From Catajapyx aquilonaris (lineage: Eukaryota), in assembly GCA_000934665.2 (NCBI GenBank), contig KZ538144.1, forward strand, positions 62,001-119,562: a stretch of 57,562 nucleotides of DNA. Direction: 5' to 3'. The notes under the pieces were generated by a model. It was not told the DNA's origin, ran no database searches, and saw only the letters and a list, made by a program, of their open reading frames with translations. Made by a program: the position numbers and the translations under genes. This document shows positions 1 through 13,039 of the stretch, piece by piece (positions within the stretch are counted from its first letter, which is position 1; each line of letters starts with the position of its first letter).

Positions 1-839
1 TCCTTCCTGTCCCTGCCCTGGAGGAGGTGCGGTGTCGGTGGGGTGTTTCTGGCCCGTGCCTAGGGGGATGTCTCAAGCTTGGCCCCCCACCACAAGACAA
101 TGCACCACTGTCCCTCCCTCTTTATCCCTTTCCTGTCCCCCACACCGGAGAGAAAGAAAAAAAAAACATGCGGAAGTAATTTCGCATAGAAAACGGAGGC
201 GATCTCAGCCCCTACATTGACCAATAGGTCTCAAGGGGGTACCAAAATAATAAATAAATAAATAAATAAATAAATAAAATTCAATGCCAAGATAAGGCTG
301 GGTATATTCATGCGATGTGCTGTCTCCAAGCCAAGATTCATGTCACTGCCATGACCTGAAGTCATGAACAGGTAAAAATGACAAATTCCTTCACATTGCA
401 ACATGATTTGTAGTGCATGGTCATGTGACATAAAATGTTCCAAACTGAATAATTGTATTTTTTCAGCATCAAAAAGTTTTCATTGAACAGTTTGAAAAAG
501 TGGGTTCCACAGTATCATGCATGGAATATTTTGTGCACAATACTGTGCCTGTTACAATGGTGCAATGCAAAACTAAAAAATGGTTCTAAGGCATCAAAAA
601 TTTAATTGACTATTGAGGAAGTCATCAAAAATGTTGAAATATGCATTTTTATGTTCTTATTGGCCAAACGTGCTGTAAACCTCTAAATATGCTTATAATT
701 ATACTCTAAAAAGTCTACATAATACCCTTATTTTTGGGTTCAAAAAGCCATGATTCAAGTTCCTGTAAAACTCGATTTCCTGTCTATACAGGAAAATACT
801 TCTATGCATAATGCAAAAATGCATTGTTAAATGTCTTTT

Positions 840-1169
840 AAAAAAAACATCTGCATAGTGCTTGACCTCATTGCGAGGTATGTAGCACGGACCTTTATTA
901 TTCCTCTTAGTGTGCGACACAACTGGAAACTTCAACGAAGCACCCGGGCCCACGGGCAGGGTGACTGGGAGGGGATATGCAATGTCTCATATGGTACATT
1001 TTGTGAAGTCCCCTGGGTGGATTACTCTAGAGGAGGTTCCACCCGAGACGAAGCCAAAGACAACTCAACTCTGCATGAGATGAAGGGGGGAGAGCCCGGG
1101 CTTGGGATCGAACCCGGGACCCTTACATCCGTGGGCACATACGTTATCGCAGCGCCACTCCACCTCCCC
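840..1169 (-). mobile_element. tRNA-derived SINE family 1 copy
   Basis: B-box GGTTCGATCC in tRNA-like head; flanked by direct repeat TGTTAAATGTCT (TSD); homologous to the copies at 32186, 37981 and 39070. Confidence 0.8.
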
Positions 1170-1225
1170 TGTTAAATGTCTATTCATTGCACATGGCATG
1201 CAAATAAAAGTCAAGCATAACTTAC

Positions 1226-1348
1226 TGGTTTTGGGGCAACTGGTTTATACTCCCGCTGGTCCTCATCCTTGTCTATGAATCCATACCTGGCTACAATTTT
1301 ATCCCTTAGCGCCTTCTCACCTAGTACTGACTTCTTCTGGTTTGTTTG
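1226..1348 (-). CDS. CUEDC2: CUEDC2 internal exon (last in window; final exon lies left of the window)
   Basis: AG/GT-bounded, 123 nt, phase 0-0; QTNQKKSVLGEKALRDKIVARYGFIDKDEDQREYKPVAPKP resembles the CUEDC2 C-terminal segment (LKxxIxxKY..D..EDQK.HRP.APK). Confidence 0.85.
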
Positions 1349-1502
1349 CTGTAATAAATAAAATTTAAAATATATCACTTAAAATGTGAAGTACCTTATT
1401 TGGTGGTTGGTTTGGATTTACTCTTGTCATGTTATGTATCACATAGATTACATATTGCAAAATACAGCCTGTGCTGCAGCAACATTGCTTAAAGATCCTA
1501 AC

Positions 1503-1691
1503 CTGTAATATTGACTTTGATGAATGTGTGATGCTATCTCCACTCTCCTGCCTGTGTAGCATGAGTTGAGCTGCATTCTCCACATTCCCTCCAGCAATTG
1601 TGAGGCAGTGTTTCACCTCCAACTCACATGCTGTAGGAAACATCTCTTGCAACAAAGGTATCTGCTCTTCATATGACTCCAAATTGTCACC
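1503..1691 (-). CDS. CUEDC2: CUEDC2 exon encoding the CUE domain
   Basis: LLQEMFPTACELEVKHCLTIAGGNVENAAQLML contains the CUE MFP motif; tgcag| acceptor and |gttagg donor, phase 0-0. Confidence 0.9.
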
Positions 1692-1979
1692 CTGCATTTG
1701 TAAAAGAGCAATCCTCTATCAGTCACTATGGCAAAAGATCACATATTACCCAATTGTATAAGCTCAAAGGAAAATAAAATCTTCTGATTACGTAATATGA
1801 ATATAATTATGCACAATAGGATATTTCCCTTTAATTTGCATTCATACCACCAGGCCTAAGTTGTTAACTTATGACTACATTGTAATTCTGAACCAGTTAA
1901 AAAAATAATAATAATAAAGCCGAGAATAAAGCAGGTTACAACTGCAATGAGAGCTTGCATCCACAAGTCCTTGATCAGG

Positions 1980-2328
1980 TCTTGACTAAGGTCTGGGGAC
2001 GGAAGTCTGTGGTTTTACTGTAGCTGTGGGGACCAGTTCCAATTGTGGGGACATTTGTCGGTCCCCACAGTCTCACACACGCGAAGTGTACCATTACAGT
2101 GGGGACATGTGTAAATTAGTGGGGACATGTCCCCACTATTTTCATTTGTAGGGTTTCACAAAAGTCCATTTTTCTCAGCCTAGGTTACTTAGGGTACGGT
2201 AGGTTAGGTAGGGTAGGTTAGGTAGGGTACGTTAGGTTAGGTTAGGTTAGGTCAGGTTAGGTTAGGTTAGATCAGTTTACACTCGCAGTGAAAAGTGATC
2301 AATGTCCGTCCCCACGCCTTAGTCAAGA
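1980..2328. mobile_element. MITE-like element with internal (TTAGG)n tract
   Basis: Terminal inverted repeats tcttgactaagg..ggggacgga / tccgtcccc..ccttagtcaaga; GGTTA repeats at ~2195-2270. Confidence 0.6.
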
Positions 2329-2812
2329 CAAGAGTTGTTGCATGGGCATGTATGGGTATGTATTTGAGAAAAAAATAGGTGCATATAGGCAATAAGGGTA
2401 GTTAAGGGCAATATTCAGGTACCGTTAGCCAAGTTAGGGTTCGTAGGTTAAGTTAGGACATGCAACCATAATATGGCATATCGAAAACATTTCAGCTAAG
2501 AAGGAACACTCGCCAAGTGGAAGACTTTGACTTTTGACATTTAGCAACCCTACCAGTGCACAAATTCTGTCAATTTTGCCAAGCTATAGAATATTCGAGA
2601 CCTACACTTGGTGAAAGTCACTTGTTAGATACATTTTCATGAGAAGTGAAATGGGCTTCTTTTCAGGTCCATCTTTGATCAGTTGGGGTGTATCACTTGG
2701 ATCACTTGTGTGGGCATTGGAAACATGACATCCATGTGAAAGGGCCTTTTATGTGGGTGCAGCCTCACTTGGGTAAAATAAAAACCATGGAATCAATTGC
2801 ATAAAATCTTAC

Positions 2813-3003
2813 ATCTCTTCCTCCGTTGAATCCATCCCATCCACTATCAGATCCAGTTTCACTAGTTTCAGACATTCGGGGTGAACGTCTTAAACAAGTA
2901 TCTTCACTCTCCGAATTACTGTGAGAACGAGAAGGTGCTTGCTTCTTTATAACTCCTGAAGGAGGGACAGCCAGGGAAGCCTCCAGGTAGGAAAATACAT
3001 CAT
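2813..3003 (-). CDS. CUEDC2: CUEDC2 exon (Ser-rich linker)
   Basis: ttctcag| acceptor, |gtaaga donor; phase 1-0 joins both neighbouring exons in frame. Confidence 0.8.
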
Positions 3004-3782
3004 CTGAGAATATAAACAATATTACTGGTTAAGGAACGTTATGGACTGACCATCAGAGCTTATATGTTTGCAGGCCCACCATCAAGTGAATGGCCTGAAT
3101 ATGGAGAGGCATACCTTGCAAATGGGAGGTAACTAGTTTTTGGCTGGCAGGAGATGTTCGGATGGATTCGTGAAACAGGACAGTGAGGCAGCGGTCAAAT
3201 TGGGTAGTAGAGCAGGATGGTCAAAGAGCAGTGGTGTGGCTACAAGATATTATGAACTAGGTGCTTCCCAATGACTTGATTTGACTTGATTGATAAGCGA
3301 AGCATTACAATCAATGCTCTGCACTGTACTAAAATTTTGTTACTCTGTGCTAAAATTCTGAATCTAGTTCCCTTTGAACCGGGTAAGAACTTGGTTCATA
3401 AAAATTTCACTTCAGATCTGCATCTGTAAACAGTGGCTCATAGCCATATACACTGTGGGATGCTCAATTGTAAGTTAGTCGTCTGGGTATGTCTGGAAAG
3501 TAAGATGCAATAATAAAGCAGACGTTAAAACTGGGTTAAGTTTAAGGAAGAGTCAACAAGGCAGTCATCATAACAATTATCTCGGTCCAGACTTCCCTTA
3601 TTCCCAGTGATTGGTAATAATCGTCAAAATTATTATGCACCAGACGGAAGTAGCAACTTGAAAGGTGACCCCCATTTAAAATCCCAGGCATGTATGCTGT
3701 ATAACATAAAAATTGGGTCCCAACCTTTTAAATGCACCTTCCACATGACACTTTTTAAGCTTCTCAAGGATTTAAAACTCAC

Positions 3783-3985
3783 GATTGCTCCTTTTGCTAA
3801 GTGATGAAGCTAACTCAATCATCCATTTGCATACTGTTGCCTTCGAGATGCTGGAAAATTCAGGAAAGTATCCTTCCATCATCTCACAAAAGCTTTCTGA
3901 ATCAAAAGCCTCTTCCACACTAGTCTCTTGTCCCAGGTCTTCCACTATGCTCACCACATAGCTCAAGACTATCTCATCAATCAAG
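3783..3985 (-). CDS. CUEDC2: CUEDC2 exon (N-terminal domain)
   Basis: LIDEIVLSYVVSIVEDLGQETSVEEAFDSESFCEMMEGYFPEF resembles CUEDC2 LDEVIFSYVLGVLEDLG...FDMEAFTEMMEAYVPGF; phase 2-1. Confidence 0.9.
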
Positions 3986-5117
3986 CTGGAAAAATGCAAT
4001 TCATAGTTAGTCATGCAAAGGCTGATGAGTCCAAACATATGCACCAAAGTATTATTACTCCCCGAGGTATTATGGTAGTCTGTAATGACGCTCTCAAGTT
4101 AACAAGGCAGGAAACAGCAAAATATTTAACAATGAACTTGGCCTGCCAGAGTGCATTTGAATATTGCTTGGAGGTACTTATAAATATGCCACATGTACAA
4201 TGCTTTGCCATCATTACAGCTGCTAGTACAAGTCAAATGAATGTGAACCTTATTTAGGCAATGTTGTGAATAAATACAGAATGACAACCTTGAGGTTTTG
4301 GGTCTTACCAATTGACACACCAAATATGGATGCCACCAGAGCAAAGTTGGTGGCAAAGTTGGTCAGAACATTTGCCTCCATCCAGAAAAAAGTGTCTTCA
4401 ATGGAAACTTTTACATGACGAACACAGAGCAATAACCTAATTTCTGACATTGGAAGGAGCTGGAGTCCCACAATATTGAAGACAGTAGAAGGTGAAAGTG
4501 TCACAAAAGGTGTAGTTATATTAGATGGGCAGACACACTCAAGATACACTCGCTGTGACATAAGCACAGCTCCAGCTCACTTCCCACTGGATAAGTCAAG
4601 TGTACACTTCATTGTGACCATGTCTCAAGTGTGTCCAGCCCTCCAGTGTAAAAGCACCCATAGTAATGTTGATGACAATCAAGTGTTGGTGGAACTATTC
4701 ATGTGCAATCTACTATCCACTTTACTTATGGCAACTTAGCACACAACGGTGGGAGTGCAAGAGTTTCTTCTGCCTCTCCTCTCATTCACATAGCAACCAA
4801 ATGGTGAATAAATCCATCAAGTGTACAAACATGCGAGTGGCTCACTCTCATTTGAACTACCCCAGCATAATGACAAATTCTCTTATAGAAATGTGAAAAT
4901 GTATATACTGCAACTCCTACAAGTCTCTTATTGGTTCTTCACAACTCTCAGTGACCATGAATTTTTTTAACTCTCACCTTATGGACCAGTGACTTTGCAC
5001 CTAACTCCATCATATCCCCACTCTGTCTGTCTCTTCCCAATCAACCTACTTACCAAATAATGGCACGCATGCAGATGTATGCATGCAAGAATAATGGAGG
5101 AAGATGAAGAGCTGTAC

Positions 5118-5204
5118 CTTAGCTGTGCAGAGGGCATATGAGTCTTGGCAAAGTGCAGTAAGGAGTCCTTCACAACAGCTTCCGTGTCTGTTATGTGGTT
5201 CATA
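5118..5204 (-). CDS. CUEDC2: CUEDC2 exon containing the canonical-position start (ATG 5203)
   Basis: MNHITDTEAVVKDSLLHFAKTHMPSAQL resembles the vertebrate N-terminus ([21 protein letters not shown]); phase-2 donor |gtacag. Confidence 0.85.
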
Positions 5205-5260
5205 CTGAAATCAACAAATATTCAAATATTAGAGTAGGTCTGAGGCAGTGGCACAATATC

Positions 5261-6411
5261 CAGGGTGGTCGAAAAAGAATGCCCTGATTTGAAAAGCCTA
5301 TAACTCAAAAACTTGTCTGCAAGTTTTTGATCATTAAGATAATTATGTCTACCGACATATCTTAATGATTTAAGTTTTGAAATGCTAAGATATGTCTAAA
5401 GTTTTGGTCTTACCAAAGTTTGTTTCAATATGAGCTCTATTTGTCACTCGAAAAATGTAAATACGGTAATCGGTGTCGTGCTTAACCCGCTCAGACATGT
5501 CTGGCTTTACAGTTGCCATAGGTGCTGGAGAAGCCGGATCTTTTCACCATACATACATAAGCCCTATATATTTTTTAAAAGTCCAGCGGGGTCAGATCTG
5601 GGCTTCTTGGGGGGCTAGGCATAGGGAAACTTTTCATTCAAGACTTCACACACTGGGAGGCTGAACAAATGAAACTTTCCTACGGCAAGTTTGTTTCATG
5701 GATGAGGCGACTTTTTATGTGCATCAGCAAGAACACTGTGTATGGTGTAAAGGCATGTCACCTGCAGCACCTACAGGATAGGACTGCAATGGTAACTCCA
5801 GATATGATTGAGCGGGTTTGGCATGACACTGAATACTAATATGGAAATTCTGGACCGAGTAAGCCAATATGTGGCCCTGCAGCCCTTCCTCCCCATTTAT
5901 TTCTCAACAAAATACAACAGAAACATCATTAATTTAGTCATCCATCCACATCAGCCACCAATCATCCACCAGCATCAGTCATCAGTCATCCATCGCCATC
6001 TGTCAAACACCAACATTAGCCATCAGTCATCCACAAACATCAATCACTGAATGCTGAATAAACTTACTGAGTAAACATGAGTCACAGTGATAGATTACTT
6101 CTCTAGTTCCAGCAAATAATCTATACCCTTTGTCTTGATTGATTAATTGGCTTTTTCATGACACAAGGATAGGTTGTAGCAACCACAAATGCATGGGCAC
6201 AGTAAGTGTCTCAATGAAAGTAGTAGTCGAATGATAGAATAATGTCTTTTTTTATCTGCCGACCGACAAAAAAGCTCATATCAAAACAAACTAAGGTGAG
6301 ACCAAAACATTCGACATTTTTTAGTTTTTCCAAACTTAAATCATTTAGATATGTCGACAAGTTTTCCAATTATAGGTTTTTAAATCAGGGCATTCTTTTT
6401 CGACTACCCTG
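5261..6411. mobile_element. Tc1/Tc3-like DNA transposon remnant
   Basis: TIRs cagggtggtcgaaaaagaatgccctgattt / aaatcagggcattctttttcgactaccctg-TA; decayed transposase motifs PPRSPDLTPLDF (-) and FMDEATF (+). Confidence 0.75.
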
Positions 6412-6798
6412 TATTAAATTTTCCATTTAATGATCCCAAATTTGTAAGAAATTGTAAAGGGACATCCATAAAGTACATCATGATGGTAGAAGGAAACTAC
6501 AATATGACTATGTACCTTGTGAATTCGGAGAGGGGGGGGGGGGGTTCGTAAAAGCTCAAAATCTGTGTGATATACCTTAAGTAAGACCCCTAGTGGGATA
6601 TGAACACTCTTATAAACTTCCTTACATAAAAGCAGTTGGTAGTAGGATTTGAGAAAAGTGCAGAAACATATGGTTGGACCAGGAGGATATCTCAAATATG
6701 TGGGTATTATAAGTCTCAGCCCTTGACATGGTTGTATTTTATGCCATTAACCTCACAGTAACAAGTGTAATATTATTTCCCTAATCCAGACACCTCAC

Positions 6799-6967
6799 CA
6801 TCCTAACACTGTTAAAGGCGAGTTTTTGGAACCATTTGATGCAGGACACTGGCTGAGATCTTGTAACTCCTCTAATGTTTCAGGCCCATAGCGGCTCTTC
6901 TGCATGCTTGCCAAGATAACTTGTTCACTGGTGTCATCCACGCCAGATAATCTGTACATCATCTCTC
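6799..6967 (-). CDS. CUEDC2: Putative upstream CUEDC2 exon (in-frame N-terminal extension or 5' UTR)
   Basis: ttttacag| acceptor, |gtgagg donor; open in the frame that splices in phase (TG|T-ATG) to the 5204 exon. Confidence 0.5.
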
Positions 6968-7840
6968 CTGTAAAATGTTATTTTGTAAGTTACAAGGCAC
7001 TACTGACATACACTTGGGACATTTAAATCATCACTGAAAATTTAATTCATTTGATCAACCAGACAGGAATACATAGGTACAGTCAATAACAATAGCTGGT
7101 TCTGGAAGCACACATACAATTTGTAGCACAAATATAAGTGCATGGTATTTCAAGACAGCACGTGCTCATAAGAAACATGGCACAAGCAGATCACACACAA
7201 TGACTGAGTTATGCTGGCTCTCCTAACTTCTTGTTCACAAATTTGTGCGTTGATGGCATAAAATACTAACAAGTCCAGGGAAAGCCTGCACACAATAGAC
7301 AGAACTTTATGCTCACACAAGTACTACAATTTCCCATCAAGCTGGAGGCGATTTTGCAGTGAAACCAAACACAAAATCATCTCCCATCTTTTTGAGCAAT
7401 ATAGTACATACTGCGAGTACTTCACTTAGGGCTACTCTGCCTGGCATGAAAATCATCAGCCACACAGCATCTCTTTTCTGCATGCTAGACAAGGTAACGC
7501 AAGAAACGTACCAGTCACAAAATGACTCTCGTGTGCAGGCGGCCTTAGTCGATGAACATGTTGCAGCATTCACAAATGCAAGGGTGTCCACTGTAATCAG
7601 TTGTAACTTATTCCGAAAAACTTTCCCAATCATTCGACTACTACTTTCATAGAGACACTTACTGTGCCCGTGCATTTGTGGCTTCTACAACCTATCCTTG
7701 TGTCATGAAAAAGCCAATTAATCAATCAAGACAAAGGGTATAGATTATTTGCTGGAACTAGAAAAGTAATCTGACACTGTGACTCATGTTTACAAGCAAA
7801 ACCTTGGAGAATTTCCTTACAGACAGCTGGCATATTTTAC

Positions 7841-7939
7841 CTGCAGAGATTTCCCCGTCTGGCATCAGCACAGACAAGGAAATCCTGAGGCAACAACACT
7901 TTTCAACAAAAACCGGGCTTCATATAACTTAAGCAATAT
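7841..7939 (-). CDS. CUEDC2: Putative upstream CUEDC2 exon with ATG at 7865 (MPDGEISAG)
   Basis: tttcag| acceptor, cag|gtaaaa donor in phase 1 matching the 6967 acceptor; in-frame stops upstream of the ATG. Confidence 0.4.
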
Positions 7940-10028
7940 CTGAAACACAACGAGCTTGTCACACACTCACACATCTGCCACACATCCACAAAGGAGTCCT
8001 GAAACATACCACCTTAGCATGCAGATCCCACAATCCCTATGCAAATACACCCTCCACACACTCATACACCAGCAGTCACACGCATCAGACCACATGCAAT
8101 CTCTTGCATGCAGTAACCAAACAAACACACCGCAACCTCCACGCAGTGACCCTGCAAGAGCCCCACATTGCATGAAAATCCCACACACCAAAACCCCCAT
8201 CTACCCAGAATCTAGACCTGAATTGACAGTAGGCCTGCATCTGTCCGACGGGAGTCCTCCCTCAGGGATTTTTCTCCTCTCGATATGCAGCAGTGCTAAT
8301 ACGGACGGAGAGTGTGTTCGTCCTGCAAACGATGACCATCCTTCTTCTTCCTATGGGCCTCCTAATAAATCTATGCACCGTCCCCTCTCGGCTATGTGGC
8401 TGTGAGCCCCCTTTTGCCTCTTTGACGGCGGGTCGGTATTTCGCTCCGCAGAGAAGTACCCGAGCAGGGCTGGCAACTTAACCAATGCGAACCAGGCAAA
8501 ACAGGCAGAGAAAAAAACAGCAGGGGGGAGGAGCTAGTGGGACGGTTGGCGCGACTCATCCATCTTCACACAATGCCGTTTTTTAAATAAATATATTTTA
8601 TGCTTTAAATTTTACAGTCGTGAGCTTAATAAAAGCGGTACAGTAGGCTATGATATCGATTGTCTGATCAAGTCTGATAGAATGAGCAAGCGACCGTAAT
8701 GATGTACAGTCGCGAGCGTAAAGTTGTGGACCGTTGTGTACGGTAGACGGCTCTGTAGTACAGTATAGTAGAGGACGGTAGCGGAGACGTCTTTTTATAC
8801 CGCGATTTGCAATTTTCTAAGGAAATACACAAGGCATTGCAGGTTATTGATTATTTGGCCTGTATCATCTGTGCAATAATAGGTCTATTACGTGTTCAAA
8901 TGCCTGTATGCGTACAGTGCAGTACGTGTAGTAATTACGCTTAAGTGAATTAGAAGCGTACCAGTGTATGTCAGAAATTAAGCTGATCGTCATGTTAGAA
9001 TGTGAAATGCCAATAGAGAAACTTTCTGGGTGATCTGGTTAATTAATGCGTTTTAATTTTTATCTTGGACCCCCTATTATGAAATATGCATAATAAAAGT
9101 GTAGGTCGTTAGTGAAATAATTATTTTATAAACTCTTGAGTTGGTGTACATATAGAGAGATGAATAAAATATTATGTGGCTATAACTTCCTCCTATACAC
9201 AAGTGGGGCAAAAACATATTATTGTGTACATAGATAATGTTGGTATGTGCAACATAATTCTCCATAAGATAGGCCGCCTACATCAGCTCAGAGGAAACTG
9301 ACATTGTCAATAGTAGAGGAACATGAATAGCATTGCTCACTAGCCTGAAGATATCAATCTCTCTAGAGTAGGATATACATTATAGTCCACAACTCTGACT
9401 AATTATTAAAGTACAAGCTAATATTGACAGCTGACATCAACGTCAACAACTGCCTATTATTATCTACAGTAGGTATACTGTGATGCAATGTAGGTGTATC
9501 ACTACTGTATTCATATTATTGGCAGATTATCTAGCGGGATTATTACTAATCGGAAAACGGAATAGGACTTTGTCCAACATACTGTAACCAGTGCCTATTA
9601 CTGTGTCCACCTCCACATTTCTCAATAAACTAATAAAAATCATAACTCGTCGCCACCTTCACAATGATGTAGGCCTACACTTCTACAAAATAGCCTTTGA
9701 GCTATGCTATTACAGTAGTCACACCAGTAGAGCACATTATTATTATACCTGTGCTGTCATTGTAGGCTACTATACAGAGTAGGGGCCTACGCCACGGCCA
9801 GTATAATTATAGGCTATACACGATTGTGCAATTACCTATATACACGTCACTCCTGCACTTCATGAGTAAATGAGTAATGTTCAGATCAGGACTCAGTATA
9901 AGCCTGAGGAAGCCGAAAAAACAACAACCCGCATCAATAAGATTGATTGGTCCCTGTATCGTTGACATCAGCATATACCAGGGTGTCTGTTGCTAGTCCA
10001 GCCAACGGCAGTCAGCGTATTCCTTGAG

Positions 10029-10342
10029 CCAAAAAAGTCGAAAATGCGAAAATGTAAGGGAGAGAAAATAATGTCGAGGGCGAGCAACCGTTAATATGAC
10101 CTTGACCAGAGACATTGGTCAATCGTTAGCGAAGGAGAAGGATATGAGCGTGAATATCGAGTCTGTTGGGATTTGCATAGGTCACCTCTTTCATAAAAGT
10201 GAATATCATCGCTCATATTGTCATACAGTATATCCTGCAACTTCCGCAACCAACGGCCAGTGTTTCTGGTCGTCTACCTCGTTAACGGTTGGTCCCTCGA
10301 CATTATTTTTTCTACCCCCTATACATTTTCGACTTGTTTTGG
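10029..10342. mobile_element. MITE-like inverted-repeat element
   Basis: ccaaaaaagtcgaaaatg..aaaataatgtcgaggg / ccctcgacattatttt..cattttcgacttgttttgg. Confidence 0.55.
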
Positions 10343-12080
10343 CCACCCCCTAATGGAGCGCTGATTCTCCCAATGGGGTAAAATAAATAATAAAAAAATT
10401 ACCTGCATCAGACTATGCATCAGACTTACCGGTAGGCTACTTATTGGCAGAATTGCAATGCGTTTTCTTTGTGGGGTATTCGCAAGTTTAATTCCAGCTC
10501 TTGATAATACTACAGAATCCGATTTATTGTAGCAAATATTATGTAATTTCATAGACTGATACCAGGCTTGTGGTAACAATAATACGTATTCACACTGTCT
10601 TATTATTATTACGCATAATTATGAGTACCGGTTCCGGTATAACATGACCAGTATCCATACGTTGAATTTTCATCCCACTGGTAGTTACTGCTATAACTTA
10701 GCAGTAGCCTACTACCCCTGCCAACAACTGCAACAACTAGCAGTGAGACAAAAATTCCTATATTTATTGTATAAAATTATAAAAATTATAATATAAAACT
10801 ACATCCAGGGTTAATGTATAACTTTTAGTAGAAAATTAATATTATGTCGTGTTCAAGCATTCATCCATCCAAAAGTTGTGCCATTTTTAGATGCAAATAT
10901 ACAATATTTTAAAATCCGAAAAAAACTGAAATCCGAAACACTCCCGGTCCCAAAAGCATTTCGGATAAATGATTCATAACCGACATAAGGCAAAGCTGCC
11001 ACAGATGATTAGGTCCATTGCACTTTACTATAATACAGGTGACACATTCGGGAGTACCATGGAACATTGAAGATTTGAGCATTAAAAAAAAAATCATTTA
11101 TTAATTATGCGGAAACAATCTTGGTTATGCATGCAACCATTACTGATTAGCACTGTAGGTTGAGAATCCTTTATCATTCCAAAAACCGAGTGCTGACATG
11201 ACGCGTGACAAATGGAAAATTTCATGTAAGTACAGTATAACTAGCATCATTACCAGTCCTGTACTGTGGTCCAGTCTCATAATCTTGTTCCGCATCCCAT
11301 GCATCCGTCTTTCTGAAATCTGTCGAAGACATGCAGGAGCGAATATTTGAATGCATATTTGTGTATATAGCCATTGCCTAAATGCATGATCCCGACTCTT
11401 TCCTAAGCTTGTCAACGGTATAGAGGCTTTTGTAGCAGACACATTAAAACTCTTCTTGCATTATTTCAAATCATTATAAAATAATGCAGTTTGTGCATTG
11501 ATGTCTTCATATTGCTCCTGCATCTTTTATAGTGAAGTAAAGTGCTTTCGATTCAACCTTCAGGACGTGACTGTCACTCTCTGGGGTTTCTCTCTTGGTG
11601 TCTCTTACCTCCGTATTACGTGACCTGCTGACGCGGTGTAAGTAACACCTCAAACCGTAAAGGCTCTTGAATTGCCGCCTCGTATGTGGACATGCTCAAC
11701 CGGGGCCACGTCACGTGGATTTTCTAATATGTGTGATGGACCTCTCCTCGTACAGGTACAGTACAGTAGGCTACATTACAGTAGGCCAGCGGTACAGGGT
11801 ATATAGTCTATCATCATGATTCAGACACACTTTTAAAGTCAGGTCGTGGGGATTCTATGCATGAATTCCATTTGGTATTCGCAACCTCGTTAATGAGATT
11901 ATTAGTTTAACCTTAAAAAATGTCCTTTTGCGTTGAACCAGCCAGCTACACATTGTATGGCGACTGCCTAATATAGCCTACCATATCAAAATTAATGATA
12001 TCAAAACTTGAAATGAAAACTGAGTTTCTCCAGTGAGCACAAGTACTCGAACGATGATCCAGAGGGGCCTCGGATATATG

Positions 12081-12351
12081 AAGACCTCGGGGGAAGAACG
12101 ATCAAGGTCCACCTCAGCCCTCAGGTGAAACTTACATTGAGATATACCAAAAATGAAATTTCAAAGGCCCAAAAGGTTCTATTGTAAATCCCACTTTCGG
12201 GGCCTTCCATAGTGACCTATACGATCATTACTCCGCAACCACGACCAAACCATCATAATTATTCTACACTAGTGAAACTATAAATTATTCTGAGATATGT
12301 AACTCATTTTTGAGAAAACGTAGACCTTGATCGTTCTTCCCCCGAGGTCTT
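12081..12351. mobile_element. MITE
   Basis: Perfect ~29-bp TIR aagacctcgggggaagaacgatcaaggtc / gaccttgatcgttcttcccccgaggtctt. Confidence 0.7.
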
Positions 12352-12485
12352 ATTAGAGTAATCCTAATTCGTCCTAATTAGAAAAGTTGCGAAAATGTCC
12401 TTCACTAGCTCCACAGGTACGTCTGCATGCGATGCGATATTTTTCCTGAGCATTTACAGAGGCCATGCTGGTTTTATAGGCAATT

Positions 12486-12757
12486 ATTTTTTTATTTCTT
12501 TTTTTTAACATTTCATACCCCGTGCTAGAGCCTTTGGCTCCCTTAAGGGGGTGGATTACCACCATTGGATGGGACCAGGGATAGGGAAGGAAAAAAGCGG
12601 CTGTGGCCTATTTTTACGGAAACGACCCCGGAATTGTCCTGGGGGGACCATGGAAAACCACAGAAAACCATGGTCAGGGTCGCCGGCCCCGGGATTCGAA
12701 CGCAGGACCTCCTGATTAGCAGGCGGGCTCCTTATCCCCTACACCAACCTGCTTCGG
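12486..12757 (-). mobile_element. tRNA-derived SINE family 2 copy
   Basis: B-box GTTCGAATCC; TSD ttttataggcaatt; homologous to the copies at 33371 and 48346. Confidence 0.8.
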
Positions 12758-13039
12758 TTTTTATAGGCAATTGCACCATAAATAATATTAATTTGTGAGC
12801 ATATAACTATTTTTATACAATATGATTTTTTTAATGGTAAAAAAATGGTGGGGGGCGGGCACTTGATTTCTCAAGTACCGCGGCGCTGTATATAGTGTAA
12901 TATTTAAATTTAACATTAGGAAAACCCTCGCTCCGCTCGCAATTTCCTAGGGCGCTGGCCTAGAAAATCACTCGCTTCGCTCGCTCTTTTCTAGGCCTGC
13001 GGCCTACATTGCCCACCTCTTCCCACTGGGGATGCCAGT

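Noticed and set aside
7337..8405. ORFs of 97-149 aa near the CUEDC2 5' end
   Set aside because: No recognisable homology; they overlap repeat-derived or CA-rich intronic and promoter sequence.
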